Numbered from the stretch's first letter, positions 8,901 through 17,664 are shown. The stretch is 64,000 bases of DNA from Nitrospirota bacterium (GCA_963663225.1 OY760142.1:1696001-1760000); one strand, 5' to 3'. A program made the numbers and translations. Notes: generated by a model not told the origin, from the letters alone.

Positions 8901-10699
8901 GCAATAATACCGCAACGGACGCCGTTGCCATTACTGATGCGGCAACGCTTTCCGGTACGGCATGGCTCGATCTTAATCACAATCGAACGCTCGATACGGG
9001 GGAGCCCAAGCTTGCCGGCTGGATGGTCGATCTGCTTTTGAGCGGTGTTGTTGTTAGCAGCACGACAACGACAACCGATGGCACGTATTCATTTGCCGGC
9101 ATCTCGCCCGGTCCGGGATACCAGGTGCGTTTCCGTGAACCGTCTCATGGCTCCCTCTACGGATACGCCGTACCGAATGAAAACGGGCTGGCCTTCACGA
9201 ACGGCGTTGTGAGTGTTGCGAACCCAGCGGGAGCCGTTGCTACGGACGGCACCCTGAACAATATGACCCTGATTGCGGGCGCGAATTATGTTCAGCAGAG
9301 CCTGCCGGTTGACCCTGATGGTGTCGTGTATGACTCGATTACGCGTCTGCCGGTCACCAACGCAACGGTTGGGATTGCTGGTCCGGTCGGATTTGACCCC
9401 GCAGTGCATCTTGTCGGCGGTGCAGCGAACGCGAGCCAGGTAACGGGAGCGAACGGATACTATCAATTCCTCCTGCTGCCTGCCGCTCCACAGGGCGCGT
9501 ACACGATCAGCGTCACGCCTCCTCCGGGCTATATGCCGCTGATATCGTCCATAATTCCCCCGACAGCCGGTCCCTATGTTGTGCCCGGAGGAGCACCCGT
9601 AGCAATACAAGCCCAGGCAACGGCGCCGACCGGAGCGCAGCCGACAACCTACTATCTCACCTTCTCGATGAGCGGCGTTTCGGCGAGCGTGGTAAACAAC
9701 CATATCCCGGTAGACCCGATACTGGGCGGCGCCATCGCGATGACGAAAGTCACGCCGCTCGTCAATGTGGCCAAAGGCGATCTCGTGCCCTACACGCTTG
9801 TAGCAACGAACACACTGGCCGCGACCCTGTCGAATATCGATATCGTCGACCAGATGCCGCCGGGGTTCAAGTACCGCGCGGGGAGCGCAACGCTCAACGG
9901 AATTGCGGTCACTCCCGTGGCGAGCGGACGCACCCTGCGCTGGCCGGGGCTGACTTTTGCCGCCGGGGAAAAGAAGACGATCAAGCTTCTGCTCGTCGTG
10001 GGTGCCGGGGTGGGGGAAGGGAAATACACCAACCAGGCCTGGGCCTTAAACAATATCGTCAATACGGCGGTTTCGAACGTTGCCGAGGCAACGGTCCGCG
10101 TTGTCCCCGATCCCACATTCGACTGTACGGATATTATCGGCAAGGTTTTCGATGACAAGAACGCGAACGGCTATCAGGATGAGGGAGAACCCGGGTTAGC
10201 AAACGTGAGGATTGCAACAGCGCGCGGCCTGATCATCACCACGGATGCAGAGGGCAGGTTCCACATCCCCTGTCCCGAAGTCCCGAACGCTGACCGGGGA
10301 TCAAATTACGTGCTGAAGCTGGACGAGCGCACGCTGCCGACCGGGTATCGGGTAACCACGGAAAATCCGCTGGTTTCCCGCATGACGCGCGGCAAGATGA
10401 TCAAGATGAACTTCGGCGCGAGCGTGCACCGCGTGGTGCGTGTTGATGTCAACGATGCGGCGTTTGAACCGGGCTCGATAAAGCTCCGCGATGAATGGCG
10501 GCAGAGGACGCTGTCTCTTGACAAAACAATCAATGAGCGGCCCACGGTCGTGCGGATAGCGTACCGTTCGAACGCACACGACCGGAGCCTTGCGGAAAAC
10601 CGCATCAAGGCAGTGCGCGACCTGATCCAGTCGCGATGGAAGGCATCCAACGGCCGGGCGCCGTTGATTTTTGAAGAAGAGATCGTGGAGGCCCGATGA
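2951..10699 (+). CDS. Giant secreted repeat protein (adhesin-like): tandem DUF11-like Ig domains, SdrD-B-like domains and a degenerate OmpA-like C-terminus
   Basis: 2582-aa Thr/Ser/Gly/Ala-rich ORF with a signal peptide ending APVYA-D (alternative start 3065). It has ~140-aa repeats with Cys pairs and five I-S/I-G-x-V-F-x-D-x-N-x-N-G type motifs. Confidence 0.85.
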   Translation: MLSTINVGEKNNFGKNLLYSIRSAVSVPCKAVTKALCRMRTSNVLRFALFWMLAFAAPVYADMSASVTLLSGDPTDIYPSQTTRLQITLSNSNQTAQITNVAFSNSLPGTWPNALRIAGVYTYTCTDPSGPVTSPGSGTLTADVNTQAISLSGGVIPARANNTDGTCTIVIPVTAGTSSGSTATYTYQILSGAVTGDDGSAVANSGTVSQSVNVRALTPPSLSKSFASSNIYLGGNATTLTITLANANPVAITNFSITDAFPQLGGAAIIRVAATPGAAASCNNGGSAPTFSPSAGDTSISATGTIPARSGSTNGSCTISVSIEGAQTNSLYTTGAQANTINRLTNFSNDVGIVPTANATANITVLSPLRLNKAFAHAALSSGQSDSLTITLYNDGNTDLTVTTFTDDPIDGTTAGNTNPYGLKVTGQSTTCAGGTVTPTLNNTGVTLTDGVIPHNGSCTVTVSFTGTVTTAGVPVTYTNSIPQGAVGTTTAGIISQTRSASILVADDLRVTKSAAPTTAAPGNPVRYTLTVYNYTASAISNLAVTDHLTNGTTFLTGTINGNNYTPSISGACSGLSVTGAVGDTVPVFTISSFNARTDANTPSSCTVTFYAMTSKTAANGSSTANTISAGDVCYNGGATCNGAGTSSTGTTVTTTLITAAKSFSPAGPLPEGSISTMTITLTNQSASPITNATISDTLPVATVGGGQMRIASPSNAASTCGSPMITAVAGSTSLAMNGGTIPARASNGTGTAGTCFIRVDVIGPAGTYNNTATAGGTETYADGTTHSVTPVTTAVATLVYTSSLSATKSFNPASVSSGGRSTVTVRLSNSGAAALTNVGATDPLPAGMVVAPTPNAYTTCAGSPLITAAAGAGSVSMSGAGLAGSGTCDLLFDVVATGSASWSNTIPIGNITADGGVRNQTAVSATLTYNAPTALTVAKATNPSTLTFPGQMSQFIITITNGTQAVTNLRLTDYFTANGTSGASVNGMVVAATPGTSTTCPGGVISAVAGSTSVGISGVSLAASASCTVGVNVTSTSVGGITNYIPVGSIITDQGLTNSGQASTSLATQSNIGIVKQFTPAVVKPGQRSRLRITFYNPTSLPMANLAVIDTLPAGVTVPSGPNPTSSCTGATVLSPASDQVQVSGGTIAAASSGVSASCYAEIDVTASAQGDYVNTIAAGAVTATSGGAPTTNSQPASDTLRAKSPITIHKAIGGYTLDAGSPAGFTTGSATRTPGSTATLVIRMDNPNTVPLTSTAFTDALPAGLVVATTPNASTTCTGGTVIAPASGTSIRLSGATIPASGNCTVSVDVLSNISAAYTNSIAASSITTFEGVSNEEPTSAQLVVSTPPTVSKQFAPAVIPTNGTSTLTIYLENSNATALTLTSVFTDTLPTAPGTIVVAAVPNIVKTCPGAVTAAAGSGTVTYANGAQIPVGGCSISVNVTGATSGVHTNNIPAGALQTNLGNNQQPANSTLTISTMGFISGRVFKDNNVTPNGTYETGTDTPISGVSIDLRSGANCSGALVSVVGLTNPTTTDALGNYMFSGLPAGTYSACEPVQPTGTVNGTTTAGAITSVNGSTGAAGAASNPTSATSQIVNIVLNGDGSAGAVSGTMGNNFAEIVLSSISGSVFLDQNNNGVQNGADAGIANVTIELLNNATTVIATATTDSNGAYAFTNLQPGTYSVREPGQPAATANGITAAGTVANGGTAGTATSVTVTPSVISAIVLPPNTTAAGNNFAEIPLGRRISGVVFLDYNNDGTFNGSDHGIGSQTLSLTGTDINGNTVSGSATTNSDGSYDFLNLPEGTYTVNQPGQPAGTTNGTTTAGSTGGTATNPTGTSSRIVNISLMGGNTVSANNNFAEQPGAAPDLAIAKTHTPASLGASSTTGYFTLTPSNVGTVSTSGAITITDTMPADLAPTVASGTGWACSIAGQTISCTSSSAIAAGASGNAVTVRVTVGAGLSGQILVNTAVISGGGEPVGFDGNNTATDAVAITDAATLSGTAWLDLNHNRTLDTGEPKLAGWMVDLLLSGVVVSSTTTTTDGTYSFAGISPGPGYQVRFREPSHGSLYGYAVPNENGLAFTNGVVSVANPAGAVATDGTLNNMTLIAGANYVQQSLPVDPDGVVYDSITRLPVTNATVGIAGPVGFDPAVHLVGGAANASQVTGANGYYQFLLLPAAPQGAYTISVTPPPGYMPLISSIIPPTAGPYVVPGGAPVAIQAQATAPTGAQPTTYYLTFSMSGVSASVVNNHIPVDPILGGAIAMTKVTPLVNVAKGDLVPYTLVATNTLAATLSNIDIVDQMPPGFKYRAGSATLNGIAVTPVASGRTLRWPGLTFAAGEKKTIKLLLVVGAGVGEGKYTNQAWALNNIVNTAVSNVAEATVRVVPDPTFDCTDIIGKVFDDKNANGYQDEGEPGLANVRIATARGLIITTDAEGRFHIPCPEVPNADRGSNYVLKLDERTLPTGYRVTTENPLVSRMTRGKMIKMNFGASVHRVVRVDVNDAAFEPGSIKLRDEWRQRTLSLDKTINERPTVVRIAYRSNAHDRSLAENRIKAVRDLIQSRWKASNGRAPLIFEEEIVEAR

Positions 10700-13600
10700 G
10701 AAGGAACCATCTCACCTATGCATCGGTCGCCGCGATCCTGATCGGCATGGCCGGACCGACCTTCCTGAGTGACGCGCTTGCCGCCGACGTGCGCGGACGG
10801 ATTTTGGACCGCAGCAGTACGCTGGAACAGCCGGCCCCGCCGAGTTCCGAATCGGACATCGGAGCGCTTGCGACAGCATCCGGCATGCCGGGAAGCGATG
10901 TTCTTATCATGCGTGAATCGGCCAAAAAACTTCCGGGCACGTCTCCCCGCTTCACCACGGTGATGCGGGACGAAAAACGGAATCCTTTCTTTGCGTCCGG
11001 AAGCGCGGTCATGACCGCGTCTGTCCGCAAACACCTCGATGCTCTGGTGCGGGATATTGCGGGCAAGAGAAATATTATGATCGCGATTACGGGCCATACG
11101 GACAACGAGCGGATCAGCGCCAGGCTCAAGTCGCAGTTTGCCGACAACCAGGCCCTCTCGGAAGCCCGCGCTTTTGTCGTGGCAGCGCATCTCAGGACGG
11201 CCCTCAAACTTGATGCGACGCAGTTTGCCGTTGCCGGAAAAGGCGAGGAAAACCCTGTCGCTGATAATGCAACAGAGGAAGGGAGGGCAGCGAACCGGCG
11301 CGTCGAAATACAGGTCTGGTACGACGAGGTGCAGGATGCGCCGAAAGGCGTTGAAGCCGCCCCGCAGTGCGGGTCGTCAGACCAGTCTGCTCGGATCCCG
11401 TTCAATATCACGGTGGACGGTGTGCCGATGGAAAAAGAAAAAGGCGGGACTGAAGCCGATCGGCAGCGCTGCGCAGATATTGCTCTCGAAAAAGCGGACA
11501 TTCGCATACACTACGATCCCCTTGCGACGGCACCGGCCCTGAACATCTGGACCACGCCGAACGGCGCGCTGCGTTCAACGCCGCTGTCCTTCTACACGTA
11601 TTCCAACTATGCGTTCTGGATCAAGCGGGCGGAGATCCGGATTTTTGAAAAAGGCGCGAGCAGCCAGCAGCGTCCTTACGCCATAGTGCCGGTCAGGATC
11701 AATGAATCGGCATCCTGGCAGGCGCCTGCTGACGCGCCCGACCGGCTTTATTTTCTACTCCGGGTGTATGACGAAAAAGACAGATTCGACGAGACCGCCG
11801 CAAAGGAGCTGATTCTGCTCGCGTCCCGCAAACCACAGCCGGACGAAGAGAGTCAGGAGCGTGAACGGCGGATCGGATACGGCGAAAACAGCCGCGTACT
11901 CGCGAATATTCCCGCGCAGGGCGGGACGATCACCGTGGACGGCGCAAAAATACGGCAGGGACAGTCCGTTACCGCTCTCGGCATGCCGGTTCCCATAGAT
12001 CGGAACGGGAAGTTTGCACTACGCCAGATCATGCCGGCCGGACCGCATGCGGTCGAGGTGTCGGTCCTTGACGAAAAAGGACACGGAATGGTCTACCGCA
12101 GAAATATTTCGATTCCGGACCATGGCTGGTTCTATGTTGCGATCGGCGATCTTACCGTCGGCCGCAATTCCACCTCGGGACCCGCACAGCTCGTTACGAA
12201 TGAAGCGACCGACCACTATGACAACAAAACCTATATTGACGGACGAGGCGCTTTCTATCTCAAAGGAAAGATCAAAGGTGACTATCTCCTGACCATGAGC
12301 GCGGACACGCGCGAACGTCCGATCAGGGACCTGTTCAGCAATTTCGATTCCAAGGACCCGAGTTATCTGCTCCGGAGCATTAACCCGGACACATACTATC
12401 CGGTTTACGGCGATGACAGCACCATTGTCGACGATGCGCCCACGCAGGGCAAGTTCTATGTCAAGATCGAAAAGGGAGATTCATCGATCATGTGGGGGAA
12501 TTTCCAGACGCAGTGGACCGGCACCGAGCTGACGCAATACAGCCGCGGTCTCTACGGCGCAAATTTGGTCCTGTCGCCGCAGGCCACCACGAAATACGGG
12601 GAGCGCACAACAGCGGTGAATGCATTTGTTGCAGAGCCGGGAACGCTCGCTTCGCGGGAGGAGTTTCGGGGCACGGGCGGTTCACTGTATTATCTGCAGC
12701 ATATGGATATCACCCAGGGATCGGAACGGGTTTGGGTGGAAATCCGGGACAAAGACTCCCAGATGGTGCTTGAACGGCATCAGCTTGCCTCTGCGCAGGA
12801 TTACGACGTCAACTATTTGCAAGGGAGGATCATGCTTCGGGCCCCGCTTCCGTCCGTTGCGGACGGCAGTACGCTGGTACAGACATCCATATTGAACGGG
12901 AACCCGGTTTTTTTGGTAGTGTCGTATGAGTATGTACCGGGAATGACCGAAATAGGCGGCTTCGCAGGCGGAGTGCGCGCGACGCAGTGGCTGAACGACA
13001 ACATCCGCCTCGGGGTGACGGGGTACCGTCAGGGCGAAGACCAGTCACGGCAGGGACTGGCCGGAGGCGATTTCATTCTGCGCTACAAGCCGGGTACCTA
13101 TATGAAGGGCGAATTCGCGCATTCCGAGGGGGCGGGCACCGGGACCCAGTCATCGATTACCGGAGGGTTCGGTTTTAACACGCTTCAGGGGAATGATTCA
13201 GACCGCGCGAGCGCCTGGCGCTTGGAAGGCGCGCTGGATTTCAGCGAATTACGGGAAGGCTCGAAAGGGAAAATTTCCGCCTATTGGCAGAACCGGGAAC
13301 GGGGATTTTCAGGCCCGGGCCAGGTCACGCTGGACAGCGAGCGCATGGAACAGGCCGGTCTTGCAGCACAGCTGCCGCTCGGTGAAAAAATAACACTCGG
13401 TTTGAAGGCGGACAACCGGGACTCCGACAGCCAGACATTCCGTGCAGGGGAAGCGTCGCTTGCCTACCGCGCGAACGATTCGGTGACGGTCTCAGCCGGC
13501 GTGCGCGCTGATGACCGGAAAGTGGTTGTGCCGAATGCGAGCCAAACCCTGTCAGAGGACGGCGAGCGGGTGGACGCCATTGCCCGCATCGATTACCGGC

Positions 13601-14970
13601 CGCTTGCGAAAAAGCAGGCCGAGCGAGCATCCGCGCAAAAGCCGCTCAGTGAATCGGAACAGAAGCAGCCCCAACCGGCAGAGCAGTCCGCCATCGCAAC
13701 GCAGTCCACGGCGACCGTGATATCAAGCGCACCGACGTCGACAGCTGCGCCGCAAGCCGATGCAAAACCCGCGGTCCAGTACGAACCGTGGGGACTGTTT
13801 GCATACGGCCAGGGAACTCTGGCCCGTTCCGGATCGCGGTCGGAGAATGACCGGGTTGGCGTTGGCGCAAACTGGCAAATAACGCCGCGATTTAAACTTG
13901 AAGGAGAGGTCTCGACCGGGGACGGAGGCGTTGGCGGCAAGCTTTCGGGAGACTACCGCATCGATGATCGCAGCAATGTCTATTTGACGTATATAAACGA
14001 AACAGACCGTCCGGAGCTCGCCTATCGCGGCAGGATCGGCACGTTTGTTCTGGGCAGCGGATATAAGATTTCCGGCCAGACCCGGGTGTACACTGAATCG
14101 CGCTGGGTAAACGGAGCCGGCCCCGACAGCCTGGTGCAGGCATTCGGTCTCGATTATGCGCCGAATGACCGGTGGACGTACGGGGTCAAGGGAGAGATCG
14201 GCGAGGTCAATGACGAGGTTTCCGGCGACCTGAAGCGCTATGCTCTCGGGTTGTCAGCGGCCTATAAATATGAGGGGCTCAAATACGCGGGCGCCCTTGA
14301 GTACCGGAATGAGTCCGGGACGATCGAAAAGCGTGAAACCTGGCTGCTCAAAAATTCCACGGGGTATCAGGCGACCCCTTCCCTGCGGCTGCTCGGCAAA
14401 TTGAACTTTTCCTACAGCCATTCATCACAGGGAGATTTTTACGACGGCAACTACACGGAGCTGGTTGCGGGCGCCGCATACCGCCCTGTGCAGCACGACA
14501 AGCTGAACACGCTCTTTAAATATACCTATTTTGCGAATGTGCCGTCGCCCGGCCAGCTGACGCCGACCAATCTCGTGGCGGATTATTCCCAGCGGAGCCA
14601 TGTTCTGTCGATCGACACCATTTACGATCTCGTATCATGGCTTTCCATCGGAGCAAAATACGGTCTTCGCATCGGAGAGCTGAAAATGACAAAGACCGAC
14701 GGCGATTGGTATTCGAGCCGGGCCGACCTTATTGTTCTGAGAGCGGATTTTCATCTTGTGCGCGAGTGGGATGCGCTTATTGAAGCACGCAGGTTGAAGG
14801 TATACGAGGCGGGTGATGAACGGATGGGCTTCCTTGTCGGGATATACCGGCATGTTACCAACAACGTCAAAATAGGCGCAGGGTACAATTTTACCGATTT
14901 CTCCGACAACCTGACGGATTTGTCCTACCGCAGCAGGGGCTGGTTTGTGAACGTTGTCGCCGCATTCTAA
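10696..14970 (+). CDS. OmpA-like peptidoglycan-binding domain fused to a large predicted outer-membrane beta-barrel
   Basis: Signal peptide, then GHTD...NQALSEARA...NRRVEI (OmpA/MotB C-like), ~900 aa of amphipathic beta-strand pattern, and C-terminus GWFVNVVAAF (BAM beta-signal). ATGA overlap with the upstream gene. Confidence 0.85.
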   Translation: MRRNHLTYASVAAILIGMAGPTFLSDALAADVRGRILDRSSTLEQPAPPSSESDIGALATASGMPGSDVLIMRESAKKLPGTSPRFTTVMRDEKRNPFFASGSAVMTASVRKHLDALVRDIAGKRNIMIAITGHTDNERISARLKSQFADNQALSEARAFVVAAHLRTALKLDATQFAVAGKGEENPVADNATEEGRAANRRVEIQVWYDEVQDAPKGVEAAPQCGSSDQSARIPFNITVDGVPMEKEKGGTEADRQRCADIALEKADIRIHYDPLATAPALNIWTTPNGALRSTPLSFYTYSNYAFWIKRAEIRIFEKGASSQQRPYAIVPVRINESASWQAPADAPDRLYFLLRVYDEKDRFDETAAKELILLASRKPQPDEESQERERRIGYGENSRVLANIPAQGGTITVDGAKIRQGQSVTALGMPVPIDRNGKFALRQIMPAGPHAVEVSVLDEKGHGMVYRRNISIPDHGWFYVAIGDLTVGRNSTSGPAQLVTNEATDHYDNKTYIDGRGAFYLKGKIKGDYLLTMSADTRERPIRDLFSNFDSKDPSYLLRSINPDTYYPVYGDDSTIVDDAPTQGKFYVKIEKGDSSIMWGNFQTQWTGTELTQYSRGLYGANLVLSPQATTKYGERTTAVNAFVAEPGTLASREEFRGTGGSLYYLQHMDITQGSERVWVEIRDKDSQMVLERHQLASAQDYDVNYLQGRIMLRAPLPSVADGSTLVQTSILNGNPVFLVVSYEYVPGMTEIGGFAGGVRATQWLNDNIRLGVTGYRQGEDQSRQGLAGGDFILRYKPGTYMKGEFAHSEGAGTGTQSSITGGFGFNTLQGNDSDRASAWRLEGALDFSELREGSKGKISAYWQNRERGFSGPGQVTLDSERMEQAGLAAQLPLGEKITLGLKADNRDSDSQTFRAGEASLAYRANDSVTVSAGVRADDRKVVVPNASQTLSEDGERVDAIARIDYRPLAKKQAERASAQKPLSESEQKQPQPAEQSAIATQSTATVISSAPTSTAAPQADAKPAVQYEPWGLFAYGQGTLARSGSRSENDRVGVGANWQITPRFKLEGEVSTGDGGVGGKLSGDYRIDDRSNVYLTYINETDRPELAYRGRIGTFVLGSGYKISGQTRVYTESRWVNGAGPDSLVQAFGLDYAPNDRWTYGVKGEIGEVNDEVSGDLKRYALGLSAAYKYEGLKYAGALEYRNESGTIEKRETWLLKNSTGYQATPSLRLLGKLNFSYSHSSQGDFYDGNYTELVAGAAYRPVQHDKLNTLFKYTYFANVPSPGQLTPTNLVADYSQRSHVLSIDTIYDLVSWLSIGAKYGLRIGELKMTKTDGDWYSSRADLIVLRADFHLVREWDALIEARRLKVYEAGDERMGFLVGIYRHVTNNVKIGAGYNFTDFSDNLTDLSYRSRGWFVNVVAAF

Positions 14971-15079
14971 AACTTTTTCCTGCTCACTCTGGCTCACTAT
15001 TTATCATGGCCATTACTTCTTAAAGTTTTTTTGCAGCAATCTTTTAGCGATAGCTCTTTCCTCAGGACAGTCTTCTCTC

Positions 15080-15266
15080 GGGTGCAAAATTCCCAAATGT
15101 GTTTTTTTGATGAGGCGGATACACTCACGTTTTACCTCAGGTTTAGATCCATTCGTATACCGTGCATGCTGATGCTTGTTGCGGTTTCGTCCCCGCCGGT
15201 ATCCGCGAAGTTCATTGTGGCTGATTCTGTAACAATCGCGCGGATATTCTGCAGTACCCTTACAAT
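15080..15266 (-). pseudogene. Degenerate partial copy of the 15822-16490 gene
   Basis: Translates to EYPRDCYRISHNELRGY...HQHARYTNGSKPEVKRECIRLIKK, against EYPRFLPRDYHRISHNDLRGH...HQHAWYKNESKPEVKRERIRLIKK at 15981-16187. It has no matching N-terminus. Confidence 0.8.
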
Positions 15267-15274
15267 CATGTTCG

Positions 15275-15613
15275 CTATCTTTGCTCGCTGTATGCGTGAT
15301 CGCAAACGCTGCCCTTTTTGTCAAAATCTACAACCAGAGAAGAGCTCTCAGCTTTCAAGCCGCCGTGAGACGAGTAGGAGTGGACATATATCCAGCGCTC
15401 CACGCATCCCGCAGGATGTCCAAGGAGAGGGGATGTAATCTGATACGGTTCTCCGAACCACGCCTTTATTTGCTCCTTTGTTTGAAGGTCTTTGGTTATT
15501 TCATTGACATGGGTACGGTCAAATTGCCGACCTGCGGTTGCACAGGATGTAACGGTCAAAACAATCATCACAAGAAGGATGGAGCAAACAGTCATTGTCA
15601 TTTTGTTCATCAC
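15275..15613 (-). CDS. Small lipoprotein, SmpA/OmlA (BamE/OsmE)-like
   Basis: Lipobox VTS-C, TKEQIKAWFGEP, W-x-Y and L-x-V-x-FD motifs, with an AGGAG RBS. Confidence 0.7.
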   Translation of the reverse strand: MMNKMTMTVCSILLVMIVLTVTSCATAGRQFDRTHVNEITKDLQTKEQIKAWFGEPYQITSPLLGHPAGCVERWIYVHSYSSHGGLKAESSSLVVDFDKKGSVCDHAYSEQR

Positions 15614-15821
15614 TCAGTACTCCTTGTATAGAATCGGATTTATTTCGTTTTAGGATAGCCAGACTTTCTAAAACATTAAAGTCAGCAATAGCTTTTTCGA
15701 GATTCAAAACGCCGATAATTTGTAATTTCCATGATGATACGGACAAGTACTAACTAATAGCCTCACGTTGTTTCTGCGTAGCATATAGGATATAAAATGT
15801 TGCGACCACGAGGTATCAATA

Positions 15822-16490
15822 CTACCGCAGTTCTTTCATTTTTTCATGCTGATCAACATGTTTCGGTGAATTGTCAGACTTGTCATGACTACTCATCTTG
15901 TTGTGATCATTCATTTGTGGCATTTTTTTATGAGTATCCTTTTGCGGTTGATTCTTATCTATATTATTGTGTTGCACTTCCGGGCGTTGAATTCCAGGAC
16001 GTTCTTTTTTGATGAGGCGGATACGCTCACGCTTTACTTCTGGTTTTGATTCATTCTTATACCATGCATGCTGATGCCAATGCCGGTTGCGGTCCCATTC
16101 CTGCCAGTGTCCACGAAGGTCATTGTGGCTGATCCTGTGATAGTCGCGCGGAAGAAACCTGGGGTATTCTGGCGGCACTCTTACAATGGCTGGTGGAATC
16201 ATTTTAGGTCCAATCGGGGCCCATCTCCCGTCGAAGGAAGGGGAACGATACCAGTTGCCTTGATCATACCGATACCAGTTGCCACGGAAAAAATAAACGC
16301 CGACCATATTAGGGACCATATAAACGTAAAGGTTCCCGCTTGGAACAACCACGAGATCCGGCGGAGAGGGAAGTTGCAGAGGAGAAGGTGCTGAAACATT
16401 TATATTCACGTTTACTTCAGCGGTTGCATTGGTGATCGACACTCCGATAAATACAACCAAGGCAAGTGATAGAAAGATATTTTTTCGCAT
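15822..16490 (-). CDS. Secreted Pro/Trp/Tyr-rich hypothetical protein with a charged His/Lys-rich tail
   Basis: Signal peptide ATA-E, VNVNINV, PP-x-LVVVP and W-Y-R repeats. AGGAGG RBS and a TTGACT-17-GATACT promoter upstream. Confidence 0.75.
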   Translation of the reverse strand: MRKNIFLSLALVVFIGVSITNATAEVNVNINVSAPSPLQLPSPPDLVVVPSGNLYVYMVPNMVGVYFFRGNWYRYDQGNWYRSPSFDGRWAPIGPKMIPPAIVRVPPEYPRFLPRDYHRISHNDLRGHWQEWDRNRHWHQHAWYKNESKPEVKRERIRLIKKERPGIQRPEVQHNNIDKNQPQKDTHKKMPQMNDHNKMSSHDKSDNSPKHVDQHEKMKELR

Positions 16491-16710
16491 TGCGCAGCCT
16501 CCTTTGTTGATTAATTCTAAAGTATTAAATAAGTATCTGACAAAAAACAGTGAGAGTCAAGAAAAAATAAGGGGGAAAATAGATTTTATCTAATAATATT
16601 AAATGGTTATAAGTTACATGATATCAAAGGATGTATTGTGGATAAAAGGATATATGGAAGGTCGCGGTCATTAAAGCAAAAGGCGAGAAATTATTAGCTG
16701 CAGGGTAGTC

Positions 16711-17664
16711 CTAACGCAAGGTTTGCTCGTGTGCGTGCTCTTTCGGCAGTCCGATCCAGAGAAAATACCGGTAGAGATTGCCCGTGGCCAGAATGCGGAC
16801 GATCACCACGGCGAGGAGCATGCGGGTGATCAGTATCCACCAGAGATCGCCGCCGAAGAGGACGAACAGCATGGTGTCTTCAATGATGGCATGCGCAAGA
16901 CACAGGAACACGGTGATAAGGCAGGCGTCCTTGTGGCTCAGCTGCTGTTTTTCATTGAATTGGTACAGCAAAGCCGCGCCATAAGTGATGCCGATGATGA
17001 AACCCGCAATCCATGGAGCTGCGGCGCGATTGCTCATGCCCACGGCCGAGGAGAGCATTCCTACCTTCTCTCCGAATCTGGCCGCACCCTTCCAGAGCCG
17101 CACCAGCTCGTACGCAAGCATGATCGTAAAGATAATGAGAACTATCTGGACCGAAAGAATCCCTACCTGCACTAAGGCCTTCTCCCAGGAAAATGCCTCC
17201 ACCGCCGTGCCGGAGCGCGCAACCACTCCGCCTATTTCAGGCATGATCAGGTTCAGCAGAATTCCCGCCCCGATTCCGACCGCGATGCGGAACAGGGCGA
17301 TTTTTATCGTGGCCATCCTGAGGCTCGTCAGGATGCCTGTTTCTACAAAAAGGCTGTGAGACACGCCGAGCACGACGCCGAGAATGGTGATCTGGCGTGC
17401 AGTCAGATCGATCGCCGCTGTCGTTGCAAGGGCGGCGTAAATGGAATTGGTAAAGCCGACCAGCAGCGTGATCGCGGCCTCGCCGGGAAGGCCCATAAGG
17501 GACATGAGCGGAGCAAAAAAAGGAGCGAGCGCGTCCAGCACGCCCAACTGGCGCAGCAGCAGCGTGATGAGCGAAAGGGGAATGAACACCTTCAGCATCA
17601 GAATGGACACTTTGAGCGTCGGTTTGAGAGAGTCTAAAAATGCTTGTTTGATTGCGTCCAGCAT
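16711..17664 (-). CDS. Nucleoside-recognition (Gate) domain membrane protein
   Basis: LAPFFAPLMSLMGLPGEAA, HSLFVET, GITYGA and HAIIEDT motifs in a polytopic hydrophobic ORF. Confidence 0.8.
   Translation of the reverse strand: MLDAIKQAFLDSLKPTLKVSILMLKVFIPLSLITLLLRQLGVLDALAPFFAPLMSLMGLPGEAAITLLVGFTNSIYAALATTAAIDLTARQITILGVVLGVSHSLFVETGILTSLRMATIKIALFRIAVGIGAGILLNLIMPEIGGVVARSGTAVEAFSWEKALVQVGILSVQIVLIIFTIMLAYELVRLWKGAARFGEKVGMLSSAVGMSNRAAAPWIAGFIIGITYGAALLYQFNEKQQLSHKDACLITVFLCLAHAIIEDTMLFVLFGGDLWWILITRMLLAVVIVRILATGNLYRYFLWIGLPKEHAHEQTLR

Noticed and set aside
3238-14143. Many 100-290-aa ORFs antisense to or overlapping the adhesin and barrel genes
   Set aside because: Expected by-products of GC-rich, Thr/Ala/Gly-biased coding DNA, with no independent signals.
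15640-15746. TPR-like fragment LEKAIADFN upstream of the lipoprotein gene
   Set aside because: A single short motif in an AT-rich spacer with no credible start; likely chance or an unresolvable remnant.
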